Part shown: in pieces, positions 12,101 to 23,585 of the stretch
How positions within the stretch are numbered: position 1 is the stretch's first letter
How the letters are laid out: every line of letters starts with the position of its first letter
Origin: Malacoraja senta
Taxonomy: Eukaryota
Reading direction: 5' to 3'
NCBI GenBank assembly: GCA_038087875.1
Contig: CM075988.1
Location: forward strand, 10,480,001 to 10,544,000
Length of the DNA: 64,000 nt
Program-made: the position numbers and the translations under genes
The notes under the pieces: model-generated
The model's input: only the letters and a program-made list of their open reading frames with translations
Database searches by the model: none
Told to the model about the DNA's origin: nothing

Positions 12101-13326
12101 CCGAAGCCACCGTGTCTCTCGCCAGGAGCCAGTTCTATTGGCCGGATATGGCCAAATACATCTGGGAGAGGGTCTCCTCGTGTTCCACCTGCAACAGCCT
12201 CGCCCCCCATCAGCAGCGTCAGCCGCTTCTAGAGCAGCCCGCGCCCGAACTGCCCTGGATGGCGCTTGCCGCTGACATTTTCGAGTGGCGGGGCAAACAT
12301 TTCCTGGTTCTCGTTGACTCCTACTCCAGCTGGTTTGTGGTCGACCGGCTGCATTCCATGACCTCTTCGGCCATCATCGACAGGTTGTACCCTCATTTTG
12401 GCACTTTTGGCCCCCCGGCAAGCCTGCAGTCGGACAATGGCAGCCAGTTCACGAGCTCCGAGTTTAAAGCGTTCGCTTCCAGATGGAACTTCCGCCATTT
12501 CACCAGCAGCCCGGAGTACCCGCAAAGCAACGGTTTGGCCGAGCGCGCAGTCCGCAGTGCGAAGCACCTGTTGGAACAGTGTGGTGGCATTAACTCCGAC
12601 TTCCATCTGGCCCTCCTCCACCTTCGGAACATTTCCCGCGACTCTGCCATGGGTTCACCTGCTCAGCGGCTCATGTCTCGCGGTACCAGACTCCCGCTCC
12701 CTGTGGCCCAGCGCTCCCTCATATCCTCCATCCGCCCACCTGCGGCGGTTCAGAAACGCATTGCCTTCAGGCACGACGTCCAGCAGCGTTCCCATGACAG
12801 GTCCTGCCACCCGCTGCCGCGCCTCTTCCCCGGTCAAGTTGTCCGTATGCAGACTGCTCCCGGTCACTCCAAGCTCGCTACTGTCGTCGGCTCTGCGGGG
12901 TCGCCCAGGTCCTATCTCGTCGACCACGCTGGAGCCATTTACCGACGGTCCCGCCAGCACCTTCGGCTCGTCAACGAGCCGCGTCCTCCTGCCGCGGATC
13001 CCTTTGCTCCCCCACTGCCTGTTTCGCGTCAGGGCGTTGCTCTGCCCATCCTTCCTGACATGCAACGTTCTGCTCCTCCTCCGCCCCTTCCGTTCCACCC
13101 CACTCCGACTGGTCCTCGCTCGCCTGCCCGCGCTCTTCCCGGTCCCGACCTCGCATCCCCTCCGGGTTCGGTGCCGCGGTCTCCTCCGTCTCCTCCCGTT
13201 TCTCCCTTTCAGGTTCGTCTTTCCCCGCCGGTGCCTCTTCCTCCTGCAGGAAGGGTGGATGGCGAGACGCGAACCCGGGCGGGACGTCTTGTCAAACCGC
13301 CTGACCGCTATGGCGATTTTGTTTAA
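9154..13326 (+). CDS. Gag-Pol polyprotein (2 CCHC knuckles, aspartic protease, RT, RNase H, integrase)
   Basis: First ATG at 9154 in good context (GTCATGG; frame open from 9124). CPNCNFTTHQFNVC and CNVCNKLNHFAAAC; IDTGA; LDAKSSFWQ...IVDDIL; CDASQFGLGA, EKELLA, TDHQPL; HRGH...CSTC; SDNG-(35 aa)-ERAV; C-terminal RTRAGRLVKPPDRY. Confidence 0.95.
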   Translation: MASSARKPDVLVFDLDIALRWDIFKRDFEHYFTIAHPDATPALKASLLLNLAGPEALTRSDFFVYAVGESARDPVCLLAKFDAICDIPTNCILERFKLFARRQLPGESAENYVIALRHLGRRCRLHAWNPDEIIRDLLVYGLRDEKLRSELLCKPDLTLADAMHATRLADAVSSAASPAEQAINFASTPSHLMNTPQSRPPGSLAARGGRAPGFGAATGGGTRQRCPNCNFTTHQFNVCPALGKTCNVCNKLNHFAAACRSRGKPVAARRGNLNNLLQADNELSSQCYSDEHSVSTSDSSLGETNLFTVWDAPAMITDPSVQVTVNNSTFTAKIDTGAVTNVMSTSLFNQIRTNEQIFSQSSTLHAYGGEILTPVGKATLHCKILETTRPLTFYLLNRKCIPLLGIQACQEMGLVYFHRDIHQVQTLMDTLADYPDRFDDKLGKLPCSYKIVVDHKIVPVVHAPHRVSFAMRDKVEATLHSMVQMGVLKAVVEPTSWVSSMVVAAKKDMSEIRICINPKDLNLAIRRPHYPMRTVEDVAAQVGPATVFSVLDAKSSFWQIPLDERSSILTTFATPYGRFRFLRMPFGINSASEVFQRTMEQLFLGLPCAIIVDDILVYGKDVAEHDVNLRLVLDRARQINLKLNPKKCRFRVSEVTYVGHVFTAEGLKPDPQKMAAISGMPPPTNVAGLQRFLGLVNYLGKFIPDLSELSAPLRDLIKKDTSWLWLPNHQKAFDILKSKLISTPTLKFFDLQRPIVLTCDASQFGLGAACLQVHDGLQLPVSFASRTMTATEQHYSQIEKELLAVVFACSKFRDYIVGNTFTVETDHQPLVTILNKSIHVASSRLQRMMLQLQRFTFTVVYRKGKDMFVADTLSRAPLTSTARHQYEMSELLVLRLNIVPSQQMKSLVEHTTNDPALQQLSAVIQRGWPDRRSALPAGAVPYFLIRDELVLHDGVVVKGHKVVVPAALHDHYFQVAHRGHPGAEATVSLARSQFYWPDMAKYIWERVSSCSTCNSLAPHQQRQPLLEQPAPELPWMALAADIFEWRGKHFLVLVDSYSSWFVVDRLHSMTSSAIIDRLYPHFGTFGPPASLQSDNGSQFTSSEFKAFASRWNFRHFTSSPEYPQSNGLAERAVRSAKHLLEQCGGINSDFHLALLHLRNISRDSAMGSPAQRLMSRGTRLPLPVAQRSLISSIRPPAAVQKRIAFRHDVQQRSHDRSCHPLPRLFPGQVVRMQTAPGHSKLATVVGSAGSPRSYLVDHAGAIYRRSRQHLRLVNEPRPPAADPFAPPLPVSRQGVALPILPDMQRSAPPPPLPFHPTPTGPRSPARALPGPDLASPPGSVPRSPPSPPVSPFQVRLSPPVPLPPAGRVDGETRTRAGRLVKPPDRYGDFV

Positions 13327-13383
13327 CTATCCTAGCGCATGAGCCGTGGTCGCCATGTCACCATTGTATTTGCCTGTCGTTTC

Positions 13384-13395
13384 GAAGAGGAAAGA
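13384..13395 (+). promoter_or_regulatory. Polypurine tract
   Basis: GAAGAGGAAAGA directly before the 3' LTR. Confidence 0.9.
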
Positions 13396-13599
13396 TGTAG
13401 ATGAGATATGCATGTGCCTTTAACATAGTGACCTCATACCTACTAACCACTCCCCATATCACAAGTATATCTACAACCTCCCCACCCACAGATCGCTCTC
13501 TAGTTCCTGTGACAGACCACGTACAGCTAGTGCAATGTGTAATGCTCCAGTATGAATAAAGATAGTAAAGTAACGACGCCTCATTATGAAGTCTTTACA
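13396..13599 (+). repeat. 3' LTR
   Basis: 204-bp direct repeat of 8854-9057. Confidence 0.97.
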
Positions 13600-14040
13600 A
13601 GTTCTTCCTAGCTCCCTGCTGTGCTCCTGCCTATCCTATCTGTGGAACTTGCCTTCATCGACTTCCAGCCTCTCACCTGCCTCATTCTTACCTTGGATCC
13701 TGTAGCTTTTATTGCAAGAAGATTTGACCCAGTGGAAAGCCATCATCAATGAAGGAAGTTTCTGCTGTAGAAGGGAATTCTCCAAACTGATTTTTGGAAT
13801 CAGGAATTTGTCATGTGAGGAAGGATTAATCAGACTGGATATATATTCTTTTGTTTAACAGAATGAGAGGTGATTTAATTGAAACATACTTTGTGTCGGA
13901 GTAATTGCAGGGATAATAATTTTCTTGGCTAGTGACCATTCAGAACAAAAAGGAGAAGAAACCTCTTCTCCCAGAGGGTGAAGAATCTTTGGAATTATCT
14001 GCCCAAGAGAGATGTGAGTTCTCAGTAGCTGAGAATATGC

Positions 14041-14330
14041 AGTTTAGTTTAGTGTAGAGTTACAGCACAGAAACAGGCTCTTCGCCCACCGAGTCCACAC
14101 CGACCAGCGATCCTCGCACACTAACATTACCCTACACACACTAAGGACAATTGACACTTACACCAAGCCAATTAAACTATAAATCTGTACGTCTTTCGAG
14201 CATGGAAACTGGAGAAAACCCACGCAGATCACAGGGAGAACATACAAACTCCATACAGACGGCACCCGTAGTCAGGATTAAACCCGTGTCTCTGGCATGG
14301 TAGGCAGCAACCCTACTTCTGTTCCACCCT
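14041..14330 (-). mobile_element. HE1-like V-SINE inserted in a degenerate CR1 3' end (about 13700-14480)
   Basis: (AGTTT)n tail then reverse-complement SINE body; CR1-like GGTGAAGAATCTTTGGAATTATCTGCCC on the left flank and CR1 3'UTR on the right. Confidence 0.8.
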
Positions 14331-15079
14331 GTGATTGGTAGATTTGTGGCTAACAGAGGAATTAAGGGATGTGGGGATTGTGCAGGAAAGTAGTGCTGCA
14401 GTAAACAATCGTATTCATCTTATTGAATAGTGGGGCAGGCATGAGGGGCTAAGTGGCATGTTCTTCCTTCTATTCCTTATTTCTCCACTTTCTACAAGAA
14501 CAGTCCATTTCCCAAATTTAAGAAAACGTATTCCATCATGAAAAATAATGATGAAATAACTGGATGCTTCCAAATTTTCCACAAGTCATTTTTGCAAATT
14601 CTATCCCATACACCTTCATGCAATCTTAATCTTGATTTGTTTTGTGTGGGGAAGAGCAAAAAAACTTCCTAATACCTATGATTGAAATTTAGTATTCTCC
14701 ACCTATCTCTCAATAACTTATTCCCAGAGATTTGTTTCAACGTGGCATTTTTTATCTCCCATATCACATATCCATGTTTTCAAGTATTTCAGTACCAATT
14801 ATTAGCAGTCTCACATGATCATTCAAATTTATCTATAGACATTGATGAAATTGGCCCAGATTTAATTAAAGAACATTGAAAGAGAGAGATGAAGAATAAG
14901 TTTTTTGAATTGTTTTCATTTGAGCTCAAGATAGACACCAAAAGCTGGAGTAACTCAGCGGGACAGGCAGCATCCCTAAAGAGAAGGAATAGGTGATGTT
15001 TCGGCTCGAGACCCTTCTTATGAGGCCTATGATGGAAAGGATTATACTTCCCTTGGAGCCTATATTCATGGGAGGTAGT

Positions 15080-15460
15080 CTTGGAGGGGAGGATGCTCCT
15101 CAAATTATGGAGCATCCTGGACAATGCAGCTCACCCCTTCATGACACACTGGTCAAGCTGAGGAGTACTTTCAGCAAGAGACTAGTTCCACCAAGACGCA
15201 GGACAGAATGCCACAGGAGATCCTTCTTCCTTGTGGCTATCAAACTGTACAACTCCTCCCCTTTCTGTCATGTGCATGGGGTAGACTGAGACTGAGACTG
15301 ACTCCCCCCCCCCCACCACCTAATCTTTGCACATCACCAATCCTTTCCATTCGTCACTTTATTTCCATGTTTCATGTATTTTGTTTATTTTTTTATTTTA
15401 TGACTGTTGGCAGATCAATTTCCCACCTGGGATAAATAAAGTTCTATCGTATCTTATCAT
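15080..15460 (+). mobile_element. Rex1/Babar LINE 3' fragment
   Basis: LHDTLVKLRSTFSKRLVPPRRRTECHRRSFFLVAIKLYNSS, then 3'UTR with GGGATAAATAAAGTT and a TATC-type tail. Confidence 0.8.
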
Positions 15461-17436
15461 ATAATCTTGATGGGCCTGCAAAATGTTGATGGTCAGAATG
15501 GCCTCCTCTGTGTTGTACTATGTGATAACATGTCAGCTGCGTGATACCTTTTTCCTTATCTGTGTCAAAGTTCGTTGAATTTAATTTTGACTTTAAATTT
15601 GATGAGTTAAATGTTAAAGCCGAGCACGAGCCAAATAAGACATATAAATTTGCCTTTTGATCCATAACATAAACTTTAGCATAAAAATCCAGTTTAGCAA
15701 TAATTTTGAAGGAAATGTCTTTAGAAATCTATTTGGTTTAAGAGCTCATATATGATAGAACTAAATTAGTAGAGACTGTTCCAATGTGTCTGGATATCTA
15801 ATACAAATTTTAATACACCTTGCAGATTGGTGGTATCATCAGGAAATTTGAGGAAAATTGTTATATTATTAAACAAAAAAATTGTGTTTTAACAGTAATT
15901 TATTGCACACTTTATATTTCTGGTAAGCAACAATTTGCAATTGTCTAAGAAGGAACTGCAGATGCTGGAAAATGGAAGGTAGACAAAAATGCTAGAGAAA
16001 CTCAGCGGGTGAGTTTTGGGGTCAAGACCTATTCTTATCATCTCCCTACGGTATCAACATACTCCACACATTGTCAACCGTTCAGTTCTTTGTTAAATAT
16101 TGTGTATCGATTTTTCAGGGTGTGCTTTTACTGCCCTTGGTTGACATCCTGTTGTGAACCTGTCCTAGATGTATATAATCATCTCATTCTACTGCAACAC
16201 AGCCATCTGCTTTTAGTGCTTCGAACCATTTATTTCAGTTAAAGTGACTTCGCAGGGATCAATGTCCCTTTTATGCGCATGCCGTTATTACCAAACCTGC
16301 TGGAATGGGTGGATGAATTAAAGGATATTGCCTCTCTCATCACAGTTAGTTCATGAATGGTTGGACATTTGCCTCCTCTCAAATCTCTGGACCATACGCA
16401 GCCTTGAATGCATTCTGCAAGGTCACGTTAACTTTGCAACAAAGCTGCTGCATTAAATTGCATTGAATTTACAGTGGTAAAACTGATAATTCACCCCTAT
16501 ATGGTCTCTATATATACTTATGTTCAACCCTCTGATCTTCCTTCATTAATTCCATCACTCTCGCCAACTTGCCCAGCATTTACTTTCTGTCTAAACTGAT
16601 TTTAAATGTGAAATGGTATTTTAAGGACCCATGGCATTGCAAGGTACAGAGTTCAGTGAGATCGATAGAGAAACATCTGGTTTGGCTACAAAACATGCAT
16701 GCCGACGTCAAATTTGAATTACTGGTTGGTGCCCCTTGTCTGTAAAGCTCTGCCTTTTATTATCGCATCATAGAATTTAAAGATAAAAATCTCCCCCTCA
16801 TAGTTACCCTACCTTAGACATCAAACTGTGTGGCTGAGAGCTTATTTAATGCAAAGCAAGCTAGTCATTAGTCTGTAGAAACAAGGAACTGCAGATGCTG
16901 GTTTACACAAATGGGCACAAGGTGCTATCGTAACTCAGTGGGTCAGGCAGCATCTCTTGAGAACATGGATAGGTGATGTTTCAAGTTGGAACTCTACTTC
17001 AGACTCCTCTTCATCCTTTCTCCAAACATTCATTCCATCAATTCTGTGTTGAAAATGGGACGAGAAAATTCATCATTTGTTATAACGAAAGACATCATGT
17101 TGATGTAAGTTGAGGGTTATCACCATCATTCTTCCCGCCCCTCCCTACAATCAGTCTGAAGAAGGGTGAGGTTTTGGGTTGAGACCCTTCTTCAGACTCA
17201 CTGCTGGCATCTTCTCTCAGTTAGAAGACTCCTGTGAGCTAATAAAGTAATGGTGGTGTTTACAATCCATTCTAGCCTCATGTAAAGGAAGCTGTTCCAA
17301 GCAGTTCACATTCGGCACAATGGTCGTGTCTATTTAAAACCATCCAGAGCTTCCCTTGCAAACATGACATTTCCCATCTACTTCATAAGAGAGAATACTG
17401 AAATTAATGTGAAAGAAGGAATTTGTTTAAAAGGTG

Positions 17437-20400
17437 TTTTTTTTAAACTCGAAGGAATGCCTACTAATAAATCGTTTTGGAGATTTAATCCTCAAATCCT
17501 AAATGATCCACAAGGGGAAATATATCCAAAACAACAGATGGAACTTTTTTTCAAGACTAATGATATCCCATAGATTTCACCAACCTTACTATGGGAATCT
17601 TTCAAAGCATTTATTAGAGGATCTATAATCTCATACCAAGCTTTTCTAAATAAAAATAATAAGAATGAACAAAGGCAGTTAGAAGAACGAATTAGACAAT
17701 TGGATTTAGAAAACGCTAAAGAGCCAACTATAGATAAACATAATAAAATAACAATATTGAAATTTAAATTAAATACAATATTATCAGCAAATGTTATAAG
17801 ATTATTTTAAATTACAAAACAGGAAATTTTTGAATTTGGGGATAAACCACACAAACTTTTGGCGACAACTGAAAAAACGGGAAAAAGATCATACGATTTT
17901 AAAGATTAAATCAGATAAAGGGGAATTGTTAACACTACCTAAGGATATTAATAAAAGATTCGCTCAATTTTATCAAAATTTATATACATCTAAAGCGTTA
18001 GCAGATAGTACTAAAGTTATAGAGTTCCTGGATAATTGTAATCTCCCAAAACTTAACATGTTCGAACAAGAGGAATTAGGTGCACAAATCTCAACTAAGG
18101 AAATAGAAGAAACAATAAATTCATTAAAGAATGGAAAAACACCAGGACCAGATGGTTTTAGTAATAAATTTTATAAAAGATTCTACGAGATAATTACACC
18201 ACGGTTACATAAAATGTATACATATGCTTTTAAAGAACATACACTTCCAGAAACACGAGCGGAATCAACGATTACACTTATACCTAAAAAAGATAAAGAT
18301 TTAGAAGACCCGGGTTCTTATAGAGCTATTGCGCTGTTAAATACAGATCAAAAAATATTAGCGAAAACATTAGCTAGAAGATTAAGTAAATATGTTAGTA
18401 AATTAATAAATGCGGATCAAACGGGGTTTATACCCAAGAGATACTCATGCAATAATCTGAGACGTCTGTTTAACATAATGCACTCATATAAAACCGAAGA
18501 ACAAGACTTATCAATTATTTCATTGGACGCAGAAAAAGCATTTGATCAAGTGTAATGGGATTACCTTGTTAAAGTATTGCAAAAATTTCAAATGGGAGAG
18601 AATTTTATCGCTTGGGTAAAATTATTATATGACAGGCCTACTGCCAGAATATTAACTAATAATATGTTGTCCCCAAATTTTCAATTATCAAGGGGAAATA
18701 GACAGGGATGTTCATTATCACCTCTGCTATTTGCTCTTGTAATAGAACCGTTAGCGGAAAGTATTAGAATACATCCGCATATCCATGGTTATAATACAAA
18801 ATACTCAAATAATAAAATATCATTATATGCAGATGATGTACTATTATATATTACAAAATCACAAATCAGTATACCAAATATATTAAATCTAATAGAGGAA
18901 TTTGGATCCTTTTCAGGATATAGAATAAATTGGAATAAAGGTGAAATTATGACGATAAAACCTTGACTCAACACACCTGTTAAAATTCCCTTTTAAAATT
19001 GCTTCAGAAAAATTCAAATACTTGGGAATTGAAATTACTAGAAAATATAAATCTTTATTTAATGCAAACTATATGCCCTTACTCAATAAACTAAACATAC
19101 TGATTAAATGTTGGAAAACTCTTCCGATGTCTCTAATAGGCCGAATAAATGCTATACAAATGATTTTTTTACCACAAATTTTATATCTATTCCAATCAAT
19201 ACCGATATACTTACCACATTTTTTTTTGTTTTAACTGGATGCTGATATCACAAATTTTATATGGGACAATAAATCCCATAGAATTCAAAGAAGACATTTG
19301 TGCAAACCTAAAGAATTTGGCGGATTAACACTCCCTAATTTTTTGTATTATTATTGGGCCGCAAATGTCAAAAATATGATTCACCTGTTGGACAATTCGG
19401 CCCAGCAGGTGGATTGGATAGTAATGGAGAGAGAGGATTGTTCCCCTTTTAATATAGGAGCGATTCTTCTCTCACCAACAAAATTGAAGAATACAATATA
19501 TAGTAAAAATCCAATTATTCATAGTACAATTAGAATTTGGAAACAAATAAAATTAACTTTAAAATTAAGAAATCTATCACTTCTTTCACCTATAGTGAAT
19601 AATCCGTCGTTTAAACCATCTATTATAGATAAATCTTTTACACACTGGGATAGATTAGGAATTAAAACGTTTGGAGACATGTATGATAATGGAATTTTTT
19701 TTTAATCATTTCACCAACTACAACTTAAATACAACTTGAGTAGTAATCAATATTTTAAATATTTTCAAATCCGTGACTATTTGAAAAAATATACACAAGA
19801 ATATCAAAATATGTCTCCAGACCTATTAGATGATGCAATGAATATAAAAGCGGAATCAACTAATTTAATATCATACTTGTATAATACCATCCTAAATATA
19901 GAAATACCATCATCTGATAGGATTAGAAGAGACTGGGAACAAAAACTAGCTATAAAAATCTCGAAAGAGAGTTGGGATAAACACTTGTTATATGTGCATA
20001 AATGCTCGATTAATGTAAGACACATTCTAATTCAATTTAAAACTTTGCATAGACTATACTACTCAAAAGCTAAAATAAGTAAATTTTACCCAAATGTCTC
20101 TTCTATCTGTGATAAATGTCTAACCCAAGAAGCAACTATAGCACATTCTTTTGTTTTTTGTACAAAAATTCAAACATTTTGGAATGAAATCTTTGAAATT
20201 TTTACGAAATTATTTTAAATGAAACTGAAACCGAATGCAGAACTGATCATTTTTGGCTCAATCGAAGCCAGTTTGGAGCTGACCGTTTCAAAAGAGCTTC
20301 CTTAATTATGGCTTAATAATGGCAAAAAAACTTATACTGAAATTCTGGAAAAATGCTCCCACGCCAACGATAAAAATGTGGATTTCTAATATGTCGGAAC

Positions 20401-20849
20401 TGTTACACCTAGAAGATATGAGATTCCTCTTAGCAGGTAAACCAGACCATTTCCAAAATATTTGGTCTCCATTTATCGACTTATTACAAATATAGCGTGC
20501 AACAGAATGTTGATAATAAATGGTTTCAGGACCTGGTGAGGGGTGAGTAAAGATATGAAGTAGGTACATCCCTTTTAAATTGTCTTATCTTATTTTCCTT
20601 TTTTTTTCTTTTTCCTTCTTTTGTTTTTTTTTGTTTAACTCTTGCTTGTGGTTTAGGTCCCTATGGGTTTTCCTGGACCACTCTTTCACTCACTCACTCA
20701 CTATCTCTGCTAACTCTTTCTATCCTTTTTCTTATTAAAGTTTAAAATAAGAAGTGGTACAAGAAATGTATAATTTTATGTTTGTTTGAGATCACTGCAC
20801 TGTACAATACTTCTAATAAAAATAAAAAAATAAAAAATATATTTAAAAA
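17437..20849 (+). mobile_element. 5'-truncated L1 LINE with disrupted ORF2 (end of endonuclease, RT, Cys-rich domain)
   Basis: WRFNPQILND, GKTPGPDGF, YRAIALLNTDQKILAK, LDAEKAFD, RQGCSLSPLLF, YADD, CDKC...HSFVFC, broken by stops and frameshifts; AATAAA and A-rich tail; likely TSD AAAAGGTG (17429-17436, 20850-20857) at a TT/AAAA site. Confidence 0.92.
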
Positions 20850-20909
20850 AAAAGGTGGCTTCGAATTGTATTGGGCAGCTCCATGTTAAATAAAGGCAGA
20901 TTGATGTCA

Positions 20910-21425
20910 ACTATGGTAGAAGGCTGTGGAGGCCGTCAATTGATATTTTTAAGGCAGGTGGTGCAGCAGTAGAGTTGCTGCCTAACAACGCTTGCAGCGC
21001 CAGAAACCTTTGTTCAATTCCGACAACGAGTTTGTACTCTCTCCCCGTGACCGTGTGAGTTTTCTCTGGGATCTTCGGTTTCCTCCCATACTCCAAAGAT
21101 GTACAGGCTTGTAGGTTAATTGGCTTGGTATAAGTGTAAATTGTCCCTAGTGTGTGTAGGTTAGTGTTGATGTGTGGGGATTGCTGGTCAGTGCGGTCTC
21201 GGTGGGCCAAAGGGCCTGTTTCCACGCTGTATCTCTAAACATAAAACTAAACTAAACTAAGATAGATAAATTCTTGAATAGTAAAAGTGTTATGGGTTGT
21301 AGGGAGAAGGCAAGATAAAGGGGTTAAGAGGGAAAGATAGATCAGCCATGATTGAATGGCAGAGTAGACTTGATGGGCCAAATGGCCTAATTCTGCTCTT
21401 ATCACTTACGAACTTATGAACTATG
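20910..21425 (+). mobile_element. CR1 3' end interrupted by an HE1-like SINE (20958-21259)
   Basis: CR1 ...GATATTTTTAAGGCAG resumes as AGATAGATAAATTCTTGA after the (ACTAA)n SINE tail. Confidence 0.85.
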
Positions 21426-22369
21426 AATTGTATGACAGCCACTTCACCATTGCTGATGACTCTTAACTGGAACATTGTAGAGTCACTGCACAGGTGCAGT
21501 AACATTGCAAGAGCCTATCGCGAGTTATGCTGGAAATGCTAAGGAGCCTGTTATGCTGACTGTGCACAGGCTGCCCGATCAATCAAAGGAGGTTAAGATG
21601 TGAGCCTCAGCCAAATGGGAAAAAATGCATCTGCCTGAAAGCTGTCAGGAGGGTGAAGCAACCTGTGAATTGTCATCATCAGCAGCAGAGTTTACACGCG
21701 CTTAGACTTAGAGCCTTTTTGTGAAGCTGTTGTTCATCTATCGGGTCATTTTTTTCCTTTGAAATTGAAATACACAAATTCTGAATGTCAGTGGGATAAT
21801 TATAAGTTTTCTGCCAAGGCTGATCAATAAGGTATGCTACCTCTTTAGTAGAAGTGGGAACATTCTATACAATTACACCAACAATTAATTACATACACCT
21901 ATTGTTTCTAAGTGATAATTCATAAATTGAAACAGCACCATTAACATCAGCTTTATAATTGAAACAAATCTTTTCAGGCACACGGTACATCTCAGATTCT
22001 TTCCTTTCCTTTCACTTCACATTTTTTTCTAGCTTTGCATCCCAGTGCTATGTTTCCATGCTGTTATTTATTTTCTATCTCCTAACACAATCTACAACTC
22101 TTAAACATAGAGATCACAAATCACCGACATTGCAATCATATCATCAGATCAGTTTTGTTCCTTCAGTATTCTGGCATTAGTACAGGACAGAAATGAAGCT
22201 CTTACATCTATATGGAGCCGTACACAATCTCAGAATGTCATACAACAGCCACCGCTTTGACACTCAGAGTCACTGTTGTAATGGAAATGACTGAACTGAT
22301 ATGATTAAACTACTCTGCGCCTTCCAGACAAAGCCATGGTTTCAAGCCAATTGAAGCAAAGATTTGACA

Positions 22370-22760
22370 GTGTCATAGAGTAACACAGCACAGAAACAGG
22401 CCATTCAGCCCAAACTTGCCCATGCTAACCAAGATCACCCATATAAGCTAGACCCACCCGCCCGCCCGTGTTTAGTCCATATCCCTCTAATGCTTCCCTA
22501 TCCATGTGCTTGTCCAAAATCCATTTAAATGTTATTATAGTACCTGCCTCAACCATCTGCTCTGGCAGCTTGTTCCCTATACCCACACCACTGAGTGAAA
22601 AAGTTGCCTATTATATCCTTCCCCTCTCACCTTAAACCTCTGTCCTCTGGCTCTTGTTTCCTCTATACTTAGTAAAATACTCCATGTGCTCTCCCTATCT
22701 ATATCCCTCATGAGTTTATACACCACTATAAGATCATCCTTCAGCCTCTGGCAATCCAAC
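22370..22760 (-). mobile_element. CR1 3' fragment
   Basis: RLKDDLIVVYKLMRDIDR...TRARGQRFKVRG on the minus strand. Confidence 0.85.
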
Positions 22761-22914
22761 GAATCCTAGCATAATATTTTGGCATCAAATTGAGTATTGT
22801 TTAATAGGTGAGAGATGCAAAGGTGCTGGTGGTTGGTGCGATCTGGGTTTCCTTTTGCACATATCACTGAAAGCTAACATGCAGGTAAAGTAACTAATTA
22901 GAAAACCAAATGAT

Positions 22915-23585
22915 ATAGAGTCGTAGAGACTGAGCCACATGGTATGGAAACAGGCCCTTCAGCCTAACATGTTCATGCTGGCCCATCTAAGCAACCCATT
23001 TGACCCATGTCCCTTAAAACGTTTCTTATACATGTATCTGTCCAAATGGCTTTTAAATATTGTTATTGTATTTGCCTCAACCATTTCCTCTGGCAAATCA
23101 TTGCATATACCCAAACTGTCACCCCTTGGGTACCTATTAAATGAGGTACCTATTAAATTCTTCCCCTTCACATCAAACCTATGTCCTTGGGTTCTTGAAT
23201 TCACCTACTCTGGATAAAAGACTCTGTGCTTTCACCCTCTCTATTGCCATCATGATTTTATATACCATTATAAGATCAGCCCTCAGTCTCCTCTGCTCCA
23301 AGAAATAAAGTCCTGACCTGCCCATTCTCTTCCTGTAGCTTTGGCCCTCAAGTCCTGACACCATCCTCGTAAATCTTAAATTCACTCCTTCCAGCTATTG
23401 ACATCCTTGTTATAGCAGGGTGACCATAACTGAACACAATGTACATCCAAATGCAGCCCCAGCAATGTCTTGCACAACTGTAACTTAACATCCCCCCTTC
23501 TATACCCAATGCCCTGATTGTTGAAGGCCAAATGGACCACCCTATTGATCTTTGATATTACTTTCAGGGAACTATGCATCTTAAC
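22915..23585 (-). mobile_element. CR1 3' fragment
   Basis: Minus-strand ORFs LQLCKTLLGLHLD..VQLWSP, RRLRADLIMVYKIM, RTQGHRFDVKG. Confidence 0.88.

Larger units (their letters stand above)
8854..13599 (+). mobile_element. Full-length Ty3/Gypsy LTR retrotransposon, Mag-like
   Basis: Two 204-bp TG...CA LTRs, 5-bp TSD AGTTC (8849-8853, 13600-13604), PBS, PPT, uninterrupted gag-pol with PR-RT-RH-IN order. Confidence 0.97.

Noticed and set aside
9655..13156. Several antisense ORFs of 60-147 aa in the Gypsy element
   Set aside because: Expected shadows of a GC-rich coding frame; no motifs and no env-like features.
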